64,000 nt of DNA from Candidatus Latescibacterota bacterium (GCA_038279365.1 JAYODI010000016.1:224-64223); one strand, 5' to 3'; shown: positions 8,726 through 18,650, counted from the first letter of the stretch. Notes: generated by a model from the letters alone, not told the origin. Program-made: numbers and translations.

Positions 8726-9820
8726 ATGCGCGCATCGGTGTTGGTTGAGCAGGGGCATCCTTTGGAAGTAGAAGATATCGAGTTGGATGATCCCAAAGCA
8801 GACGAAGTGTTAGTAAAGATGGTGGCCAGTGGGGTTTGTCACAGTTGCCTCCATGCGGCCGATGGCAGTTGGAAGGGTATTCCTGTGCCAATTGTGTTGG
8901 GTGATGAAGGCGCTGGGGTGGTTGAAGAGGTGGGACCTGGTGTGCGCGATTTAAAAGTGGGCGATCATGTAATTTTGTCTTGGGCACCGGCTTGTGGGCG
9001 GTGTCATTATTGTGTGACGGGGCGTTCTCAATTGTGTGAAAAACAGGCTCCAGCACGTGGTACATTGTTAGATGGCAGCACGCGCATGCGATTAAAAAAT
9101 GGTACGCCAGTCTATCACTATGGCCATGTGGCCTCTTATGCATCGTATTCTGTATTACCTGCTTCTTGTGCCATTCCGGTGCGCAAAGATATGCCTCTTG
9201 AACAGGCGGCACTCATAGGCTGTTCGGTCATGACGGGAGTGGGTGCTGTGTTGAATACAGCACAAGTGCCTGCAGGTGCCAGCATGGCGGTTTTTGGTGC
9301 CGGTGGCATTGGACTTAACGTGATACAAGGGGGTGCTTTGGTGTCTGCACATCCGATTATTGCCGTGGATGTGCAAAAGAACAAACTTGATTATGCAACT
9401 TCAATGGGTGCCGATTATGGCATTGATGCATCGCAAGACGATCCGGTCGAAGCGATCAAAGACATTACGGGGCGTGGTGCCGATTATGCATTTGTGGCGG
9501 TTGGGCATGCAGGTGCTGTGAAGCAGGCCATGGACTGTTTGGCTCCGGCGGGAGTTTGTGTGATTATTGGCCTGCCCGCATCAGGATCAACCACCCCTTT
9601 AGATTTGGAGGCGTGGGTGCGTGGTGAGCGTGTGGTGCGTGGGTGCAAATATGGCAGTGCCAAAACACACGATGATTTTCCACGGATGGTCGAATTGTAT
9701 TTGGCAGGTAAACTCAAAATTGATGAACTGATTTCCAAACAATATGGTTTGGAACAAGCCAACGAAGCTTTTGCCGATTTGGCGGCGGGTGTAAATGCGC
9801 GTGGGATGATTGTATTTTAA
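8726..9820 (+). CDS. zinc-dependent alcohol dehydrogenase family oxidoreductase
   Basis: Motifs GVCHSCLH, GDEGAGVVEEVG, CGRCHYCVTG and the GAGGIGLNVIQG Rossmann motif. SD GGAGG lies before ATG 8726. Confidence 0.9.
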   Translation: MRASVLVEQGHPLEVEDIELDDPKADEVLVKMVASGVCHSCLHAADGSWKGIPVPIVLGDEGAGVVEEVGPGVRDLKVGDHVILSWAPACGRCHYCVTGRSQLCEKQAPARGTLLDGSTRMRLKNGTPVYHYGHVASYASYSVLPASCAIPVRKDMPLEQAALIGCSVMTGVGAVLNTAQVPAGASMAVFGAGGIGLNVIQGGALVSAHPIIAVDVQKNKLDYATSMGADYGIDASQDDPVEAIKDITGRGADYAFVAVGHAGAVKQAMDCLAPAGVCVIIGLPASGSTTPLDLEAWVRGERVVRGCKYGSAKTHDDFPRMVELYLAGKLKIDELISKQYGLEQANEAFADLAAGVNARGMIVF

Positions 9821-9824
9821 AGGC

Positions 9825-9892
9825 AGTCGCAGGTCTGCAGGTCGCAGGTCAGAATCAAAAACCTGCGACTTTCCGACTTGTGACTTGCGACT
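9825..9892. repeat. imperfect palindrome built from tandem heptamers (AGGTCGC-type), hairpin-forming
   Basis: The left arm is AGTCGC AGGTCTGC AGGTCGC AGGT. The right arm is its approximate complement, ACCTGCGAC TTTCCGAC TTGTGAC TTGCGACT. The core stem GTCGCAGGT (9841-9849) / ACCTGCGAC (9861-9869) has an 11-nt loop. Confidence 0.6.
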
Positions 9893-9902
9893 TAAAAAGA
9901 AA

Positions 9903-10520
9903 GTGAGTGTTGTTGTGCCTAAGATTTTGGTGACGGGTTTTGAACCTTGGGACAATTGGTCACACAATCCATCGGGTGACATTGCTTTGGCTTTGGATGG
10001 TGCGTCAATAGCGGGGTGTGAAATTGTTTCTGCTATATTGCCCGTGATTCATGGTGAAGACATTGCCATTGTAAAGCCACTCATTAAAAAACATCGGCCT
10101 GTGGCAGTTGTTTCTTTGGGGCTTCATGGATCGGCTTCTGTTGTGCATATTGAGCGTGTGGCCCTTAACTTGAAGGTGGTAGATGGTAAAGATCTCCCTG
10201 TGGTTCAGGGCGGTCCGGATGCATATTTTGCCACTTTGCCAACCCGAGAAATGGTTGAGGAGATTCAAGAGACGGTTCAGGTCCCTGCAAAACTGACCTA
10301 TTCGGCAGGCACATTTTTGTGTAACCATATTATGTACCAGGTGTTGCATCACATAGATGTGCATGATCTGGATATCAAGGCGGGGTTTATCCACTTGCCA
10401 CCCACACCCGATATGGTGCTTGGCACAAATAAAGCCAGTATGGCCTTGTCCGATATCCAGCGAGGTGTTGTGGGTGCCTTACAAGCTGTTGCAAAAAATG
10501 CAAACGTTTTGACCGTTTGA
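9903..10520 (+). CDS. pcp: pyroglutamyl-peptidase I (peptidase C15)
   Basis: Motifs KILVTGFEPW, NPSG, HIERVALN, YSAGTFLCNHIMY (catalytic Cys) and GFIHLP (His). The start is probably GTG 9903 or 9915; the upstream part of the track ORF crosses the repeat element. Confidence 0.8.
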   Translation: MSVVVPKILVTGFEPWDNWSHNPSGDIALALDGASIAGCEIVSAILPVIHGEDIAIVKPLIKKHRPVAVVSLGLHGSASVVHIERVALNLKVVDGKDLPVVQGGPDAYFATLPTREMVEEIQETVQVPAKLTYSAGTFLCNHIMYQVLHHIDVHDLDIKAGFIHLPPTPDMVLGTNKASMALSDIQRGVVGALQAVAKNANVLTV

Positions 10521-10613
10521 ATCGTCTCAGATATGGGGTATATGGTCATGATTACCCAAGTAATATGGGACGTGGACAACGACCTACTGACTCAATCCAT
10601 AGAGTTGGCGCGT

Positions 10614-10641
10614 TGACTGACTGCTGACTGCTGATTGCTTC
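10614..10641. repeat. short heptanucleotide tandem array (TGACTGA CTGCTGA CTGCTGA TTGCTTC)
   Basis: Read directly from the intergenic sequence between pcp and the next gene. Confidence 0.5.
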
Positions 10642-10682
10642 GTTTTTTTAGCCGGGAATATCCATCTTGAAGGAGGTGTTTG

Positions 10683-11312
10683 ATGAAACGTTGGTGGGTG
10701 TGTTTGACGGCTGTTTTTTGGGTGGGGGTAACACAAGTCCAAGCCGACATTACGGGTTTGGCAGAAGATGATGACGAATTGGTGGCAGGTGTGAATGTGC
10801 AACCGATTCGGGGTGGGCGATGGGAAATTACGCCCATTATGTCGATGCGGTTTTCAAATGGCGATTTGTTCTATCGGGCGGGTATTGCGGTGGCGTATTC
10901 GATCAATCGCCACCATCAATTAGGCGGTTCTTTTGTGGCGGGCAAGCGAGAATACAACCGTTTGGCGCCAAATAATACAACGGGTATTTCAAATGTGGAT
11001 GCGGTGCAGAATATTCGGGGGCGTTATTTGACCGTGGATGAAGGATTTGGTTCTTCAGTTTCGGGGTTTTACCGGTTGAACATTCCTTGGCAAATTGAAC
11101 GGCGCACATATCCATATGTGGAGGTTTTTGGTGCTCGCGATTTTTGGGGTTGGGGCAATGTGAGTGAGTTAGGGGGGGGCGTGGGGGTGCGCAAATTGGT
11201 GTCTCGTCGTACGGCGTTGACCACCACATATGGTTATTCGGTGTTGTTTACCGATGGACAACATATCAGACGCCATATGATAACGGCAGGTGTTTCGATG
11301 TTTTTTAGATAG
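10683..11312 (+). CDS. secreted hypothetical protein, possible small outer-membrane beta-barrel
   Basis: SD AGGAGG lies 6 nt before ATG 10683. The signal peptide is MKRWWVCLTAVFWVGVTQVQA. The protein shows alternating hydrophobic patterns, is rich in G/Y/R, and has an aromatic C-terminus (MFFR). Confidence 0.5.
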   Translation: MKRWWVCLTAVFWVGVTQVQADITGLAEDDDELVAGVNVQPIRGGRWEITPIMSMRFSNGDLFYRAGIAVAYSINRHHQLGGSFVAGKREYNRLAPNNTTGISNVDAVQNIRGRYLTVDEGFGSSVSGFYRLNIPWQIERRTYPYVEVFGARDFWGWGNVSELGGGVGVRKLVSRRTALTTTYGYSVLFTDGQHIRRHMITAGVSMFFR

Positions 11313-11336
11313 TTTATGGCTTTATGGATGTGCATC

Positions 11337-11369
11337 AAACCTTGGTCAGATTTTGGCCAAGGTTTTTTT
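11337..11369 (+). terminator. intrinsic terminator
   Basis: AAACCTTGG / CCAAGGTTT form a 9-bp stem followed by a T-run. Confidence 0.6.
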
Positions 11370-11495
11370 ATGACCACTCTTTAGCAAGGTTGTTTGCAAG
11401 ACGAGGTTTGTATATATTGGCAATGTTTGATTTTATAAGACTTTATATTAAACTGAAAAAGTCAGGGGCGTGTTCATTATTTTGGGGAGGTCGAG

Positions 11496-12275
11496 ATGTC
11501 ATTGTTTTCATTAGAAGGCCAAGTGGCCATTGTAACAGGTGCAGGGCGGGGCATTGGGCGAGGTATTGCCGAAGGGTTGGCCCACAGCGGTGCCAAGGTG
11601 GTCTGTGCGGCACGTACGCGATCTCAGTTGGAAGATGTGGTGCAAGCCATTGTCGATGCAGGTGGTGAGGCCATGGCCTATGAGATGGATATGAAAGATT
11701 TGGATTCTGTGCGTGGGGGTGTTTCTGCCGCCATTGATGCATATGGTCAGGTGGATATATTGGTGAACAATGCGGGTATGAACATACGTGAGCCTTTTGA
11801 AAAAGTGACAGAAGCACACTACGACGAAATTATGGCCGTCAATTTAAAAGGGCTCTATTTTTTGACACAAGCGGTTGTGAACCATATGATTCCACGCAAA
11901 CAGGGCAAGATCATACATATTGGTTCACTGACAACGGGGTGGTCCCTTTCGCAGATTTCGGTTTATACGGCCACCAAAGGTGCGGTTGGTCAGTTGGCAA
12001 AATCGCAAGCATTGGAGTTGGGGGCGCATAATATTCAGGTGAATGCCATTTGCCCGGGTTTTATTTTAACGCCATTGACTGAAAAGGTTTGGGCCAATCC
12101 CACAATGAACGAATGGGGAGTCAATCGCGTGCCTCTCAAACGTTTGGGAACGCCCGATGATTTGGTGGGGACGGCTGTTTTTTTGGCGGCACCTGCGTCT
12201 AACTATGTGACGGGGCAGAGTATTTATGTCGATGGTGGATTTATGGCTGGTGAACACTGGCCACTTCCGGGATGA
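11496..12275 (+). CDS. SDR family oxidoreductase (gluconate 5-dehydrogenase / 3-oxoacyl-ACP reductase-like)
   Basis: Motifs TGAGRGIGRGIA, NNAG and YTATKGAV (YxxxK). Confidence 0.9.
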   Translation: MSLFSLEGQVAIVTGAGRGIGRGIAEGLAHSGAKVVCAARTRSQLEDVVQAIVDAGGEAMAYEMDMKDLDSVRGGVSAAIDAYGQVDILVNNAGMNIREPFEKVTEAHYDEIMAVNLKGLYFLTQAVVNHMIPRKQGKIIHIGSLTTGWSLSQISVYTATKGAVGQLAKSQALELGAHNIQVNAICPGFILTPLTEKVWANPTMNEWGVNRVPLKRLGTPDDLVGTAVFLAAPASNYVTGQSIYVDGGFMAGEHWPLPG

Positions 12276-13369
12276 TCAAAAGATCAAACGATAGGATTGT
12301 GATGACACGTTGCTATTTTTTAATTTTGCTATTCACACTTAGCCTAAAGGGCATCAGCATGGCAGAGCGTTATACGGTAAAACAAGAAGATTTTAAAGGA
12401 CATACGGTGTATGTTTTAACCGATACCCAAATGGGGCAAGAGGCCCGTGTGTTGCCTTCGGTGGGAAACAATTGTTATTCATATAAAATTCGCAAAGGGG
12501 AGGGGCAAATTGAATTGTTATGGGTTACGCCCGATCCTGAAACTTTGCAAGGGCGTGCCAGCGGCTATGGTATTCCGATATTGTTTCCTTGGCCCAATCG
12601 GATTGATGAAGGGAAGTTTTCATTTGATGGCAAAAAATATCAATTGGAAACCCCTGGCCCTGGCCAACATGCATCACATGGTTTTGTGCATACGCGCCCT
12701 TGGCAGGTGGCCGGTTCTGGGGCTTCGGATGCCGATGGCGCATGGTTAACCAGTGTTTTTAAGTCGGTAGATTTTCCCGAAATTGGCAAACACTTTCCTT
12801 TTCCATTTGAAGCGCGTGTCACATATCGCATCAAGGATGGGGCACTTGTTCACGAGTTTGAAGGGAAAAATGTGGGGCAAGGCGATATGCCGATGGGCTT
12901 GGGGATTCACCCTTATTTTCCACTTCCGCTAACCGAAGCCGGAAACCGAGATGTGTGCACGGTGCAAATGCCTGCCGATACGTATTGGCCATTGCGTGAT
13001 GATCCCATTCCAACGGGTGAAATTTTGCCTGTAGACGATACAAAATTTGATGTGCGCCAACCTACGGCTTTAAAAGGGCTTTATTATGACCATGTTTGGT
13101 CGGGTGTGACCTTGACGAATGGGTGGAGTCGGTGTGAATATATCGACCCTGTTGCGGGTGTTAAAATTGCGATGGAAGCCGATGACGTGTTTCGTGAATT
13201 GGTTTTATATGCACCCGATTCGCGACCCGTGGTTTGTTTTGAGCCCTATACGTGTGTGACCAATGCGGTCAATTTGGATGTGCAGGGTATTGACGCAGGG
13301 TTGATGCGCGTTAAGCCAGGTGAGGGGTTTCAAGGTGTGATGCGCATTGTGGGTGAAGTGATCAAATAA
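12272..13369 (+). CDS. aldose 1-epimerase (galactose mutarotase-like) family protein
   Basis: Motifs GIPILFPWPNRI, HGFVHTRPW, GIHPYF and FEPYTC. ATG 12272 overlaps the SDR stop (ATGA). An alternative start at ATG 12359 (MAERY) would remove a signal-like extension. Confidence 0.75.
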   Translation: MIKRSNDRIVMTRCYFLILLFTLSLKGISMAERYTVKQEDFKGHTVYVLTDTQMGQEARVLPSVGNNCYSYKIRKGEGQIELLWVTPDPETLQGRASGYGIPILFPWPNRIDEGKFSFDGKKYQLETPGPGQHASHGFVHTRPWQVAGSGASDADGAWLTSVFKSVDFPEIGKHFPFPFEARVTYRIKDGALVHEFEGKNVGQGDMPMGLGIHPYFPLPLTEAGNRDVCTVQMPADTYWPLRDDPIPTGEILPVDDTKFDVRQPTALKGLYYDHVWSGVTLTNGWSRCEYIDPVAGVKIAMEADDVFRELVLYAPDSRPVVCFEPYTCVTNAVNLDVQGIDAGLMRVKPGEGFQGVMRIVGEVIK

Positions 13370-13404
13370 GCCTTATTTCATTTTGATTTTGTGGGTTTTG
13401 GATG

Positions 13405-13432
13405 AGGCGTCTTAAGCATATGACGCCTTTTC
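13405..13432 (+). terminator. intrinsic terminator
   Basis: AGGCGTC-(10 nt)-GACGCCT followed by TTTT. Confidence 0.5.
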
Positions 13433-13460
13433 CATTTGTTATATTATGAGGATAGAATCT

Positions 13461-14051
13461 ATGTCTGATCGGTTACACAAACAGATGGCATTTTTGATGG
13501 AAATTGATCAACTTAAGCAGGTTTTTCGACAGACATATTTGTTGGATGAATCACGCAAAGAAAACGATGCAGAGCATTCGTGGCACTTTGCAATGTTTGC
13601 TGTGCTGCTGGTTGAATATGCCAATGAAAAAGTCGATTTGCTCAAGGTGATCAAAATGGCACTGGTGCACGATTTGGTTGAAATTGACGCTGGAGATACG
13701 TTTTTGTATGATGTAGTGGGCAATGCCGATAAAGCAGAGCGAGAAGAAAAGGCGGCCAAACGCATTTTCGGTTTGTTGCCACCGGATGTGGGCCAAGAAT
13801 TACACGACCTTTGGATCGAGTTTGAGGCCAAAGAAACACCAGAATCGAAGTTTGCGGGTTCATTGGATCGTTTGCAACCTTTTTTGCATAATATTCATAC
13901 CCAAGGGCGTGCGTGGTCTGAGCACGGCATATCTGCCAAACAAATACGCAAACGCAATTGTGTGATAGAAGATGGCAGCAAAATGCTATGGGATTATGCG
14001 GTTGGGCTCATTGATGAGGCTGTGGCGCAAGGGCATGTTGTGGCAGAATGA
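13461..14051 (+). CDS. HD-domain phosphohydrolase (YfbR/HDDC2-like 5-prime-nucleotidase family)
   Basis: Motifs ENDAEHSWH and LVHDLVEIDAGDT. GAGGA lies 7 nt before ATG 13461; the track start is 13446. Confidence 0.8.
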   Translation: MSDRLHKQMAFLMEIDQLKQVFRQTYLLDESRKENDAEHSWHFAMFAVLLVEYANEKVDLLKVIKMALVHDLVEIDAGDTFLYDVVGNADKAEREEKAAKRIFGLLPPDVGQELHDLWIEFEAKETPESKFAGSLDRLQPFLHNIHTQGRAWSEHGISAKQIRKRNCVIEDGSKMLWDYAVGLIDEAVAQGHVVAE

Positions 14052-14053
14052 AT

Positions 14054-14776
14054 TTAGGGATTTCGAATGCGCAGTGGGGTAACCAAGTGAAATCGCAATG
14101 GGGTTTGGGCGGGGATGAGCATTTCGCCGGAATGGGTAATAAAGTCGCCCAATTCGGTTTGTGAATCAAAGGCCGACTCGCCTGCAATAACGGTGATGAG
14201 GTCACCGTCGCAGATGAGTTCGATGCGGTTTGTGGTGAGGGTATACAGGTGGTTGTTTATATTAACGGTGCTGAGTTCCATTGCAATTTGTGATGTGCCT
14301 AACTTAATGGACTGAATGCGTGTGATGCGCCCATATATTTTGGTATTTTGGGGTAAGATGACGCGTCTGTTTTGCCGAATGTCATCTTTGAGGGTAACGG
14401 TAAAGCGATTGCCTCGTTTCTGGTCTGCGGTGTGAAGCATTTGGGCAAGGTTTACATTTAAGGCTGTTTGAACAGGCAGAGTGAGTCCTGAGGGGCTGTT
14501 TTTGAGTGTGATTTGTGTGGGAAATTGTGGTGATGTTGGGTGTTTAACCACAGGTTGTTCGGGTGGTGTTGGGGAGGGAATGGTTTCTTTGTTTTCAAAG
14601 CTCAGACCCATAATATTTGAAATGGGAATGTGTTGGATCTTGTCTTGAACTTCAAATTGAATACGTAAGCGGGTGCCTCCAATGTACGTACCTGTTAATT
14701 CTGTACCATCTATGAGCTTGAGTGTGTCGGATTGGGCATTTGTAGCAAGCAGAGCAAGTAAGAGCATGAGATACAT
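14054..14776 (-). CDS. secreted hypothetical protein
   Basis: The signal peptide MYLMLLLALLATNAQS is followed by a P/T-rich linker. I recognise no motif. The track start at 14800 is TTG. Confidence 0.55.
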   Translation of the reverse strand: MYLMLLLALLATNAQSDTLKLIDGTELTGTYIGGTRLRIQFEVQDKIQHIPISNIMGLSFENKETIPSPTPPEQPVVKHPTSPQFPTQITLKNSPSGLTLPVQTALNVNLAQMLHTADQKRGNRFTVTLKDDIRQNRRVILPQNTKIYGRITRIQSIKLGTSQIAMELSTVNINNHLYTLTTNRIELICDGDLITVIAGESAFDSQTELGDFITHSGEMLIPAQTPLRFHLVTPLRIRNP

Positions 14777-14955
14777 GGTTGCATCCTGTTCTTTGTGCAA
14801 TGTGTTTTTGTTTAAGTGTTTTGTTTTACATATTCTTATGGAAGGTGGGTGGGTTGGGGGGAGGTAGTTGTTAGGTTTTTATCGAGCCTCCAGTGGTGAT
14901 ATTTTATATCTTACAAAGAGATGTTTCTTTATGGGTTTTATATTGTGAGGTGAAG

Positions 14956-15702
14956 ATGGCTAATTTCCGTAAATATATAGAAATGCGCCCCGATGAGTTA
15001 GAGGGAATTTTAAAAGATGCCCCTGTTGCATTGTGGCCATTGGGTTTGTTGGAACATCATGGATGGCATTTGCCTGTGGGGTTTGATGGCATTAAGGCCG
15101 AGCGCATGTGCGAACGGATTGGCCAAAAAACAGGTGGGGTCATGTTGCCCGTGATGTGGTGGGGCGGTGGTGGTGGACACGATGTGTTTAAGTGGACATT
15201 TTACCAATCGGAAGAAGCTTATGCGGCCATTTTAACCGAAACGGTGAAAAAGCTGATCGAATATGGGTTTAAGGCCATTGTGGTTTTGGCTGGGCATTAT
15301 CCGTGGCAAAGCACGTTAGACAAATGTTTGCCAGCGCTTCAAGAAGCAAACACCGACGTATTGATTTTGTGGGGCACTGAGGTCAAGATTTGTGCCGATG
15401 TGGTCTCCATTCAGGGCGATCATGCCGCCAAAGAAGAAACGTCTTTTGGCTTGGCATTGTTTCCCGAATATGTTGATATGAACCAATTGACCTCTGGGCG
15501 GGGCTCAGAAGTTTGGATTGGTGGGGAACCACCGCCAAAAGACAGGCAACATCCAAAAGTATGTTTTGACCCCAATGATCCGTTGTTTTCGCAAATGGGT
15601 GTAGATGCCCGTGAAGCATCGGCAGAACATGGTGAAGCGAATACAAAAAAAGTGGTTGATGAAGTGGCACGGCGCATCTTGGCACATATTGATCAGGAGT
15701 AA
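14956..15702 (+). CDS. creatininase-family amidohydrolase
   Basis: Motifs PLGLLEHHGWHLPVGFD and VLAGHYPW. The start is trimmed to ATG 14956. Confidence 0.8.
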   Translation: MANFRKYIEMRPDELEGILKDAPVALWPLGLLEHHGWHLPVGFDGIKAERMCERIGQKTGGVMLPVMWWGGGGGHDVFKWTFYQSEEAYAAILTETVKKLIEYGFKAIVVLAGHYPWQSTLDKCLPALQEANTDVLILWGTEVKICADVVSIQGDHAAKEETSFGLALFPEYVDMNQLTSGRGSEVWIGGEPPPKDRQHPKVCFDPNDPLFSQMGVDAREASAEHGEANTKKVVDEVARRILAHIDQE

Positions 15703-15704
15703 AC

Positions 15705-17558
15705 ATGAGTCAAACTCTAAAAGATTTGCTCAATGAGAGTTTTGAGCGTTATGCAGATCGTACGGCTGTGCGCGTATTGCGACAGGCCGACCAACCGGGT
15801 GAAAAAGGTTTACGTTATGTGCCAGTTACTTATAAACAGTTGCGTGATCAGCGCAACCGATTGGCTTCTGGTTTTGCGCTGTCGGGGTTGAGCAAGGGGC
15901 AGCGGATTGGTTTGGTGACTGATGGTGGCTTAGAATCGGTGTTGGTGTTTTTGGCCTGTGATATGTTGGGGATTTCTACCGTGCCATTGTGTAACAAACT
16001 GCCCGATGATTTGCTCATTCACAACATCAATCATTCGGGCATTGTGTGGTTGATTTCAGATGCCAGAAGTTTGGATCAGGTGATGCGGGTCCACCCGCAA
16101 TTGGATCACCCGCCTGAATTGGTGCTTACGGAAGGGCACCCTGAAAATGCAAAATCTTTTTTTGAATTGGTTCAAAAAGGTGCACAAGCACCGCCACCAG
16201 AAATAGACATTGCCCCCGATGACGAATCTAAAATTTTGTATACATCGGGCTCATCGGGTTTGCCCAAAGGCGTTATGCAAACACATCGCAATTTGGTGGG
16301 CAATGTTTTGTCTGTGTTTGATGCGATCAGTAAGCGTGAAGATCTGATATTGTTCAAATCGGCCCCAGATTACCATACCATGGGTATTTTAAATATTTAT
16401 TATGCTTTGGTAAAGGGGTGGACGTTGGATTTGGCGCGGTCTCCGGATCGGGTGTTGGCCGATATTCGGTATTCAGAACCCCACGGGTTTTTGACGGTGC
16501 CGCTTATTTTGGACAAGGTATATGGCAATGTGCGAAAAGAAATTGAGGCCGGTGGCACACGTGGGAAATTGATCGCAAGGTCTGTGCGTGCCAAGCAGAA
16601 ATTGGCACGTGGAAAGGCATCGATTTTGGATCGGTTGATTTATGTGGCCATTGGGCGAAAAGTAGTGGCACAAATTAAGGCAAAGTTGTCACAGCGGGTG
16701 GGTGCTCGGTTGGAGGTTTTGATTGTGGGGTCTGCCAAGGCCGATCCAGAAGCTTTGGATTTTTTCCAAGACGTGTTGGATATTCGTGCTTTTGAAGGAT
16801 ATGGGGTAACCGAATGTAGCCCATTGATTGCAGCCAATACATTACACGGGCAAAAAACAGGCACCGTAGGACGCCCCTTGCAAGCCGTCAAATTGGTAAC
16901 GGAAACGGGCGTAGAAATCGCACACGGTGACCCAGTGACCCAATCTTATAAAGGAAGCGGTGGTGGGATTGGTGAACTTTGGGTTCATGGTGATCATGTG
17001 ATGGTGGGGTATTTGGATGAACCAGAGCGTACAGCTGAGGTTTTGGTGACGGATGATGCGGGAAAGGTATGGTATCGCACTGGTGACTTGTTTCGTATGG
17101 AAGATGATGGTTTTCTTACGTTTCAGGGGCGTGTGGGGCGGCAGTTTAAATTGAAAAATGGCGAGTTTGTAAACCCCGAGCGTTTGGAGCGCATCTTTTC
17201 GCGGGTGACCCTTATTGAGCATGTGTTGGTTTGTGGCGATCAGTCGCGCACCTTTCCCTTACCTGTGGTAACAGTCAATGTTGAAGAGGCGCGTTTGCAA
17301 ACCGATATACCCGACTTGCCCACTGACGACGATGCTTTGCGCACGCATCCTGCGATTGCTGAACGGATTCGAGAGCGGTTGCTCAAAGAGGCGACCGATG
17401 CGGGGTTACCCGGGCATGAGCGGCCCCAAAAGGTGTTGGTTTTGCCAGCACCCTTAAGTGAAGAAAGTGGCACATTAACACGGGGATTGAAGAAGGTGGT
17501 ACCTAAAAAAATAATGGCCCTTTATGAATCGGCCATTCAAACCGCATATGAACAATAG
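15705..17558 (+). CDS. AMP-dependent synthetase/ligase (long-chain acyl-CoA synthetase-like)
   Basis: Motifs ILYTSGSSGLPKGV (AMP-binding motif I), GYGVTE, YRTGD and LKKVVPKK. Confidence 0.9.
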   Translation: MSQTLKDLLNESFERYADRTAVRVLRQADQPGEKGLRYVPVTYKQLRDQRNRLASGFALSGLSKGQRIGLVTDGGLESVLVFLACDMLGISTVPLCNKLPDDLLIHNINHSGIVWLISDARSLDQVMRVHPQLDHPPELVLTEGHPENAKSFFELVQKGAQAPPPEIDIAPDDESKILYTSGSSGLPKGVMQTHRNLVGNVLSVFDAISKREDLILFKSAPDYHTMGILNIYYALVKGWTLDLARSPDRVLADIRYSEPHGFLTVPLILDKVYGNVRKEIEAGGTRGKLIARSVRAKQKLARGKASILDRLIYVAIGRKVVAQIKAKLSQRVGARLEVLIVGSAKADPEALDFFQDVLDIRAFEGYGVTECSPLIAANTLHGQKTGTVGRPLQAVKLVTETGVEIAHGDPVTQSYKGSGGGIGELWVHGDHVMVGYLDEPERTAEVLVTDDAGKVWYRTGDLFRMEDDGFLTFQGRVGRQFKLKNGEFVNPERLERIFSRVTLIEHVLVCGDQSRTFPLPVVTVNVEEARLQTDIPDLPTDDDALRTHPAIAERIRERLLKEATDAGLPGHERPQKVLVLPAPLSEESGTLTRGLKKVVPKKIMALYESAIQTAYEQ

Positions 17559-17569
17559 GATAAATTACG

Positions 17570-18601
17570 ATGCCTGTTTTTAGGCCAGAAGAATTGCGCC
17601 AACTTGGGTGTGCGATTTATGAGTGTATGGGTGCTTCTGCCAGTGAAGCCAAGACCGTAGCCGATTTGTTGGTTGACGCCAATCTTGCAGGGCACGATTC
17701 TCACGGTGTGGTGCGCATTCCTCAATATGTGTCTGCCATCAAACGCGGGCAAATCAAGTTGGGTACAGCGCCAGAAATAGAACAACAAACTGCGGCAACG
17801 GCGGTGCTCAATGGGCATTGGGGGTTTGGGCATGTCACCGCCAAGGCCGCTATGCAGTTGGCCATTGAAAAAGCCCGTGAAGTTGCGGTGGGTATTGTGA
17901 CCGTGCATCGGTGTAATCATGTTGGCCGATTGGGAGCTTATCCACCGTTGGCGACCGATGTGGGGATGGCTGGGTTGATGACCAACAATGGTCATGGGGC
18001 AGATCGGTCTATGGCACCTTTTGGTGGGTTGGGGCGCATATTACCGGCCAGTTGTATGGCTGTTGCATTTCCCTCGGATCGCGCATTTCCTGTGGCGCTC
18101 GATTTGACGGCTGCTGCTGCTGCGGGTGGCAAAATGCGGGTGGCGTTGGCACGGGGTGAAAAAGTGCCCGAAGGATGGTTGATGGGGGCCGATGGTTTGC
18201 CCACTCAAGAACCGGGAGATTATGTGCATGGCAATGCTTCTTTGGTACCCTTTGGGGGGCACAAGGGATATGGTTTGGGCATAGTGTTTGATATTTTGTC
18301 GGGGGCGTTTTCACCGGCTGGATGCACCCGAGAAAAGTCTCCTGTAACGGGAAACGCTTTGTTTGTGCAGGCAATACGAATAGATGCATTTGTAGCGATG
18401 GATGATTTTAAAAGTGAAGTGGGGCGTTTTATTGACTATGTAAAGTCGTCTCCAAAAGCGCCAGGGGTTGATGAAATTTTGATTCCTGGAGAACGGTCTT
18501 GGCGCACGTGTATGGCGCGAGAAAAACAAGGCATTGAAGTTGAAGAAGCAACCTGGAAGCAAATAAGTGAACTTGCAAAAGATTTGAATGTGAAGATTTA
18601 G
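17570..18601 (+). CDS. Ldh_2 family (malate/L-lactate/ureidoglycolate-type) NAD(P)H oxidoreductase
   Basis: Motifs GHDSHGVVRIPQYV, NHVGRLG and FGGHKGYGL. Confidence 0.85.
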   Translation: MPVFRPEELRQLGCAIYECMGASASEAKTVADLLVDANLAGHDSHGVVRIPQYVSAIKRGQIKLGTAPEIEQQTAATAVLNGHWGFGHVTAKAAMQLAIEKAREVAVGIVTVHRCNHVGRLGAYPPLATDVGMAGLMTNNGHGADRSMAPFGGLGRILPASCMAVAFPSDRAFPVALDLTAAAAAGGKMRVALARGEKVPEGWLMGADGLPTQEPGDYVHGNASLVPFGGHKGYGLGIVFDILSGAFSPAGCTREKSPVTGNALFVQAIRIDAFVAMDDFKSEVGRFIDYVKSSPKAPGVDEILIPGERSWRTCMAREKQGIEVEEATWKQISELAKDLNVKI

Positions 18602-18650
18602 GACATTTGTTTTGGGGCGGGAGGTATCCTGCAAAATAAGGAGATAGGAT

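Noticed and set aside
9825-10641. CRISPR or other spacer-repeat array suggested by the short tandem repeats.
   Set aside because: The units are 7 nt with no unique spacers, the total length is under 70 bp, and no cas genes are present.
14840-14870. Possible third, degenerate copy of the conserved element: a G-rich tract GGAAGGTGGGTGGGTTGGGGGGAGGTAGT upstream of the creatininase gene, sharing the 9-mers GTGGGTGGG and GGAGGTAGT with copy 2 in minus sense.
   Set aside because: Only two short words are shared, in swapped order, and none of the three long conserved blocks is present. This is probably chance similarity of G-rich sequence.
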